From Pseudomonadota bacterium (GTDB taxonomy: Bacteria; Pseudomonadota; Gammaproteobacteria; Burkholderiales; Rhodocyclaceae): a DNA stretch of 52,707 nucleotides. Where the stretch lies: contig JBEGTT010000155.1 in NCBI GenBank assembly GCA_041179245.1, forward strand, positions 1 to 52,707, in the 5' to 3' direction. Within the stretch, counting starts at the first letter, position 1; each line of letters opens with the position of its first letter. The notes beneath the pieces were generated by a model. The model was not told where the DNA came from, searched no databases, and saw only the letters and a program-made list of their open reading frames with translations. The position numbers and the translations under genes were made by a program. Of this stretch, positions 47,868-52,707 are shown piece by piece.

Positions 47868-50321
47868 ATGCAATTTTTTAACACCAAGCAACTTCGTACC
47901 CTCTCTTTTCTAGCCATGCTCCTTGTTCCGGGCGTCGGTTCGGTTTTGTACTGGGATGCTTTAGAAAAGCGTCATACCGAGGCGCTTGTACAGGCCAAAG
48001 AAAGAACTGAGCAGCGTGCCGTTCAGCTCAACGAGGCCGTTGTCCAGCAATTGGACGCCACGCTACGCAGTGTGGATTCCTCGCTCATTCATTTACGAAA
48101 GGTTTATGTAAATAATCCTAGCGCTTTTGATCAAGCCGTTCGTGACACGATTAGTTCATATCCCGAGGGAATGTTGGTTTTTGTGACGGTGTTTGGCAAA
48201 ACAGGAGATTTGAACTACACCACGGCACAGGTCCATCCCTCTTCTACACCGCTCAATTTTGCCGACAGAGAGCATTTTCGCGTTCATGCTGACAATTCTG
48301 ATGATCGCTTGTTCATTAGCCAGCCAATTACTGGACGGATTGCCCATACCCCACTTATTCAATTGACGCGCCCGATCTGGAAAAACAAGCAGTTCATAGG
48401 GGTCATTGGTATTCCGCTTCGACCAGAATTTTTATCCGAGCGTTTACAGGCCCTGCGTTTATCAGAAACCGACCTGTTGGCCATCATTCGTCCTTCCGAT
48501 GGAAGCTTCATTGCGCGCACGCATAAATTAGAGGAAGCGCTCCAAACTAAGGTTCCTCCTGACCGCCCTTTCCTACAATCCGCCCCTGGAAATAGCGGCT
48601 TGTACCGAACGCTATCAGTCGTCGACAAAGTTCCTCTCGTTTTTTCGTGGCGCAATCTGAAAGAGTGGCCATTGGTCACGGTGGCTGCGGTCAATGAACA
48701 AACTGAAGTGGCTCAGCTTACAAAAATGCAATCACTCGAACGGCAGCGTTCCGCTATCGTTATTGTCTTGACTGCGGTTTTCTCAGTAGGGATCGGCCTG
48801 CTGTTTATCCGGATACAAGGGCAAAAAGAGGAGTTAATTCAGAGCGAGGCTCGGCATCGGACCTTATTTGAGTATTCCAAAATTCCAATGCTCCTGATTG
48901 CCCCCAGCGATGGCGCCATTGTTGACGCGAACAAAGCGGCTGCTAGGTTTTATGGTTATGACGTCTCAACGCTTAAAACCATGAATATTTCAGAGATCAA
49001 CACACTTGATCCTGAAGAACTTAAACAGGAAATGGCGCTCGCCAATACGGAGCGAAGGGAGTGTTTTTACTTTCCACATCGCCTGGCTAGCGGCGAAATC
49101 AGAGACGTCGAAGTCCATTCCGGACCCATCAAGGTTAATCAGCGAAGTCTGCTTTATTCTTTCATTCTCGACATTACGCTCCGCCGGCAAGCCGAGCATG
49201 CTCTGCTCTCGGAAACCGCCCGCCTTAGCGCGCTTCTGGAAACCGCCAGTGACGGAATTCATGTGCTAGACAACAACGGTCACATTGTCGAATGCAGTCA
49301 GTCCTTTGCGACCATGCTGGGCTACACAAAAGAAGAGGCTCTCCGGCTCAACGTCAGCGACTGGGATGCCTCAATCCCCAAGTCCGAGCTGGTGCGAGTC
49401 GTTCGGGAAATTATCGGTTCAGCCAAACAGTTTGAAACCCTACATCGCCGCAAAGATGGCTCAGTGATCGCTGTTGAAATCAATGCCAAGGGAATTGAAA
49501 TTGATGGGCACCACTATCTTTATGCTTCCTCCCGCAACATCACTGAGCGCAAAGAGGCAGAAAAATCGATTCTTCAAGCCAAGGAGGCTGCTGAAGCTGC
49601 AAATGTTGCCAAGAGCAGGTTCCTAGCCACCATGAGCCATGAAATCCGCACCCCGATGAACGGCATTTTGGGGATGGCGCAGTTATTGTTAATGCCCAAT
49701 CTTGAAGAGCAGGAACGTCACGAATTTGCCCAAACCATCCTGAATTCCGGCAAAGTGTTATTGGCCTTGCTGAATGACATTCTCGATCTATCCAAGGTTG
49801 AAGCCGGCAAGTTAGAACTCGAAACTCGCCCATTTGATGCCGCTGAGATTGTTAACGAAACGCAAAAACTATTTGCCGAATCGGCTCACCTCAAAGGATT
49901 AGCGCTACACGCCAGTTGGGTCGGCCCTGCAGAACAGATTTACGCGGGTGATAGCCTGCGCATTCGGCAAATGGTCACCAATCTGGTCAGCAATGCACTG
50001 AAATTTACGTCCAGCGGAGAAATTCGCCTGACTGCGCAGGAAATTGAGCGGGACAACACCAACGCATCTGCGTTACTCGAATTTTCCGTCGCCGATACTG
50101 GTGTTGGAATCCCTTTTGAGAAACAACACCTGTTATTTCAGCCATTTTCTCAAGCCGACACTTCAACCACTCGCCAGTACGGTGGATCAGGTTTGGGTCT
50201 ATCGATTGTGCGTAGCCTGTCCAAACTAATGGGGGGCAATGTGGGATTGGAAAGCACTCCCGGCGAAGGCTCTCGATTCTGGTTCCGGTGCCGGGTGGCT
50301 ATTGCCCCTGCAGAGGTGTAA
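47868..50321 (+). CDS. Membrane sensor histidine kinase (periplasmic Cache-like domain, two PAS domains)
   Basis: 817 aa. TM1, about 270 aa periplasmic, TM2 (AIVIVLTAVFSVGIGLLFI), two PAS modules, H-box SHEIRTPMNG and HATPase boxes. No receiver domain. Confidence 0.88.
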   Translation: MQFFNTKQLRTLSFLAMLLVPGVGSVLYWDALEKRHTEALVQAKERTEQRAVQLNEAVVQQLDATLRSVDSSLIHLRKVYVNNPSAFDQAVRDTISSYPEGMLVFVTVFGKTGDLNYTTAQVHPSSTPLNFADREHFRVHADNSDDRLFISQPITGRIAHTPLIQLTRPIWKNKQFIGVIGIPLRPEFLSERLQALRLSETDLLAIIRPSDGSFIARTHKLEEALQTKVPPDRPFLQSAPGNSGLYRTLSVVDKVPLVFSWRNLKEWPLVTVAAVNEQTEVAQLTKMQSLERQRSAIVIVLTAVFSVGIGLLFIRIQGQKEELIQSEARHRTLFEYSKIPMLLIAPSDGAIVDANKAAARFYGYDVSTLKTMNISEINTLDPEELKQEMALANTERRECFYFPHRLASGEIRDVEVHSGPIKVNQRSLLYSFILDITLRRQAEHALLSETARLSALLETASDGIHVLDNNGHIVECSQSFATMLGYTKEEALRLNVSDWDASIPKSELVRVVREIIGSAKQFETLHRRKDGSVIAVEINAKGIEIDGHHYLYASSRNITERKEAEKSILQAKEAAEAANVAKSRFLATMSHEIRTPMNGILGMAQLLLMPNLEEQERHEFAQTILNSGKVLLALLNDILDLSKVEAGKLELETRPFDAAEIVNETQKLFAESAHLKGLALHASWVGPAEQIYAGDSLRIRQMVTNLVSNALKFTSSGEIRLTAQEIERDNTNASALLEFSVADTGVGIPFEKQHLLFQPFSQADTSTTRQYGGSGLGLSIVRSLSKLMGGNVGLESTPGEGSRFWFRCRVAIAPAEV

Positions 50322-50331
50322 AGGTTCCGCC

Positions 50332-51861
50332 CTAGATACAATCCAAGACTAAGCGAACATCAACACCCTGCCAGTAGGCGGCTTCTTCGACCAGATTGGC
50401 ATGACTCAGCGGATGCGCATTGAGCCAAGCAGCCGGCAGCGACAAACGATAACCATTTTTTTCCGCCTGAACCGAAATGTGAGGCGCTACCTGACTATGC
50501 ATCCTCGCCCGACAAAACAGCACGGCTAACCGCAAGGACAATACCATTCGGCAAAAACGTTTGTCCTGCGACAACTGCAGCAATTTTGACAGTTTGCCCC
50601 GATGCCCCAGAATCAGACTGGCCAGTTTGGCCTGCTCTGGCCGAGAGAACCCCGGCATATCCGCGTAAGTCAAAATATAAGCACCATGCTTGTGATAGCT
50701 GGTGTGCGAAATCGCCCAACCAATTTCGTGAAGTTCTGCAGCCCAACCCAGAAACAGCCGGTCTTCTTCAGTCCGTTTGACCGGTGCTTCTACGGCCAGC
50801 TGATCAAACAAATTCAGGGCCAGTTTTTCTACCCGATTGGCCTGCGGCAACCCAATCTGGTAACGGCGCTGCAATTGGCGAACCGTTTCAGGGCGCAAAT
50901 CTTCGACATGGTTTATCCGTCCACGCAAGTCATACAAAACCCCCTGACGTAAGGCGCCATCGGCATAAATCATGTGGTCAATATCCAGCGTTTCAAACAC
51001 CGCCAACATGATCGCCAAACCCCCAGCCATCACCGGGGTTCGATCCGCCCGCAAACCATTCAAGCGCAAATTCTGAATATTGCCGGCCTCCAGCAAAGCC
51101 AGTTTCAGCGCCTCCAACCCTTGCCGGCTAATGCCACTTTGCTTGTTCGGATTCATCCCGTTTTCAGCTAACAACTCGGCCAACGCTTTCGCTGTCCCGG
51201 AAGTCCCTACGGCAATATCCCAGCCCGTGTTTCGATAGGATTCCACCAGCGTTTCAATTTCCCTAGCCGCTTCAATTTCGGCATCACGAAACGCTTTTTT
51301 GTCGCAACGTCCTTCAGGGAAAAACTCTACCGTGCTGGAGACGCAACCCACCCGCAGTGATTCCATCACCAATGGCGTCAACTGGCGGCCAATAATAAAT
51401 TCGGTTGATCCACCACCAATATCCACCACCAAGCGATGCCCGCTAAAGGGAGGTAAAGCATGAGCCGCACCGAGATAAATCAGGCGCGCTTCCTCGTAGC
51501 CAGAAATAACCTCAATCGGAAAACCGAGCATGGCTTCCGCCTGCGCCAGGAAATTCTCCTTGTCATGGGCAACCCGCAGGGCATTAGTGCCCACAACCCG
51601 CACATCTTCCGGAGAAAACCCCCGCAACCGCTCACCAAATCGGGCCAAAGCGGTTAATGCCCGGCTCTGGGCTTCTTCGCTCAACGTTTTGTCTACCTGC
51701 ATCCCGGCGGCCAAGCGCACCGGAAATTTTAGGTTGTCTAAAAGGTAAATATGCCCGTTTTCAGATCTTGCCACTTGTAAACGGAAGCTGTTCGACCCAA
51801 GGTCGACGGCGGCGATCAGTGTGCTGTCCATATTATTTTTCTCTGCAATACCAAAACTCAT
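50332..51861 (-). CDS. ppx: Exopolyphosphatase (Ppx/GppA family)
   Basis: 509 aa. N-terminal AAVDLGSNSFRLQV, DIGGGSTEF, and a C-terminal HD-like region. Divergent from ppk. Confidence 0.92.
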   Translation of the reverse strand: MSFGIAEKNNMDSTLIAAVDLGSNSFRLQVARSENGHIYLLDNLKFPVRLAAGMQVDKTLSEEAQSRALTALARFGERLRGFSPEDVRVVGTNALRVAHDKENFLAQAEAMLGFPIEVISGYEEARLIYLGAAHALPPFSGHRLVVDIGGGSTEFIIGRQLTPLVMESLRVGCVSSTVEFFPEGRCDKKAFRDAEIEAAREIETLVESYRNTGWDIAVGTSGTAKALAELLAENGMNPNKQSGISRQGLEALKLALLEAGNIQNLRLNGLRADRTPVMAGGLAIMLAVFETLDIDHMIYADGALRQGVLYDLRGRINHVEDLRPETVRQLQRRYQIGLPQANRVEKLALNLFDQLAVEAPVKRTEEDRLFLGWAAELHEIGWAISHTSYHKHGAYILTYADMPGFSRPEQAKLASLILGHRGKLSKLLQLSQDKRFCRMVLSLRLAVLFCRARMHSQVAPHISVQAEKNGYRLSLPAAWLNAHPLSHANLVEEAAYWQGVDVRLVLDCI

Positions 51862-51982
51862 GATTAAACCTGATTTCTATTTCAGCAGGATTTCACGGCG
51901 TTGTAACACAAGCCATTTACGATGGGCCACCTTTTTGCGTCTGATGTTCTTGTCCTGCTTCTGTCCTCGTGTAATCTGCCCC

Positions 51983-52707
51983 ATGACCAAACTTTCTGCT
52001 ACCCCTCATTTTCCTCGCGAACATTTTCTGAATCGTGAGCTTGGTCTGCTGGCGTTTAATCGCCGCGTGTTAGCCATGGCCGAAAATCCCCAGACACCGC
52101 TGCTGGAACGACTCCGCTACCTGTGCATCGTCTCCTCCAATATGGATGAGTTTTTTGAGGTACGAGTCGCCGGTCTGAAGGAACAGATCAAGTTGGCGTC
52201 AGACGTTGTGACGGCTGACGGTCGTTTACCTGAACAGATTTTTCAGGCCGTTGAGAAAGATGCTCACGATGTCGTTACTGCCCAATACGCCCTATTCAAC
52301 GACATACTGCTCCCCGCGCTACACGCCGAAGGTATTCACTTTCTCCGCCGCAGCAGTTGGACCGAAGCGCAAAAAATTTGGATCACCCGCTACTTTGAAT
52401 GTGAGGTTAAACCCGTCCTAACGCCCATCGGACTTGACCCCGCTCACCCTTTCCCCCGGGTGCTCAACAAGAGTCTGAATTTTGCGATTGAGCTGGAAGG
52501 TAAGGATGCATTTGGTCGTCTGGGCACTTTTGCCATTGTTCAAGCGCCACGCGTGTTACCTCGGGTCATTCTGATTCCTCGTGAATTGAACAACGGCGAA
52601 TATGGTTTTGTTTTTCTGTCCTCGATTTTGCACGCATTTGTCGACCAACTTTTCCCCGGCATGACGGTTCAGGGTTGTTATCAATTCCGCGTCACCCGTA
52701 ACTCCAA
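51983..52707 (+). CDS. ppk: Polyphosphate kinase 1 (5' part, runs off the window)
   Basis: My own translation from ATG 51983: MTKLSATPHFPREHFLNRELGLLAFNRRVLAMAENPQTPLLERLRYLCIVSSNMDEFFEVRVAGLKEQ..., collinear with the PPK1 N-domain. The frame stays open to the window end. No obvious Shine-Dalgarno. Confidence 0.88.
   Translation, partial: MTKLSATPHFPREHFLNRELGLLAFNRRVLAMAENPQTPLLERLRYLCIVSSNMDEFFEVRVAGLKEQIKLASDVVTADGRLPEQIFQAVEKDAHDVVTAQYALFNDILLPALHAEGIHFLRRSSWTEAQKIWITRYFECEVKPVLTPIGLDPAHPFPRVLNKSLNFAIELEGKDAFGRLGTFAIVQAPRVLPRVILIPRELNNGEYGFVFLSSILHAFVDQLFPGMTVQGCYQFRVTRNS

Noticed and set aside
51950-51967. Direct repeat TTGTCCT-GCTT-CTGTCCT upstream of ppk, resembling a Pho box (CTGTCAT-n4-CTGTCAT, 11-bp phasing).
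   Set aside because: The repeat ends only 15 nt before the ppk ATG and 2 nt before the only -10-like hexamer (TGTAAT). It therefore cannot occupy the -35 position that a PhoB site requires. Each half also has mismatches. It may still be worth a PWM scan, but I cannot support it as a site.

Overview
Gene-dense (about 95% coding) chromosomal segment around dnaA. It looks betaproteobacterial; that is inferred from gene order, e.g. gatCAB divergent from mreBCD-mrdA-rodA-rlpA, and ubiE-Tim44-ubiJ. All calls come from reading the supplied translations for family motifs; no searches were run. Left to right: gyrB-dnaN-dnaA (minus), with a DnaA-box cluster in the AT-rich dnaA-dnaN spacer. Next come a 1313-aa DUF3683/FAD/Fe-S fusion protein plus a HIT protein, ubiE-Tim44-ubiJ, gatCAB, the rod-shape operon, and leuA-MBL-phaC. 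From about 27.7 to 43 kb there is a dense iron/redox neighbourhood: two complementary bacterioferritin subunits, dps, bfd with a Fur-box-like palindrome, rubredoxin, dsbD, tlpA-like, xth, topB, a hemerythrin histidine kinase and oxyR. The window ends with rsuA, a CheX-like protein, an OprB-type porin, an EAL-CBS-GGDEF protein, a Cache-PAS-PAS kinase, and ppx/ppk. I saw no rRNA, tRNA, CRISPR array, IS element, integrase or prophage. The best candidate for an uncharacterised system is a six-gene, tightly packed minus-strand operon at 31801-37182. Its order is TlpA-like thioredoxin, a 72-aa DUF4266-type lipoprotein ending GGGGCGCN, a DUF3570-type predicted outer-membrane beta-barrel, ApbE flavin transferase with no signal peptide, an RTX calcium-binding protein, and DsbD. 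The barrel gene lies immediately upstream of apbE and carries DTISGAT, an exact match to the ApbE flavinylation motif.
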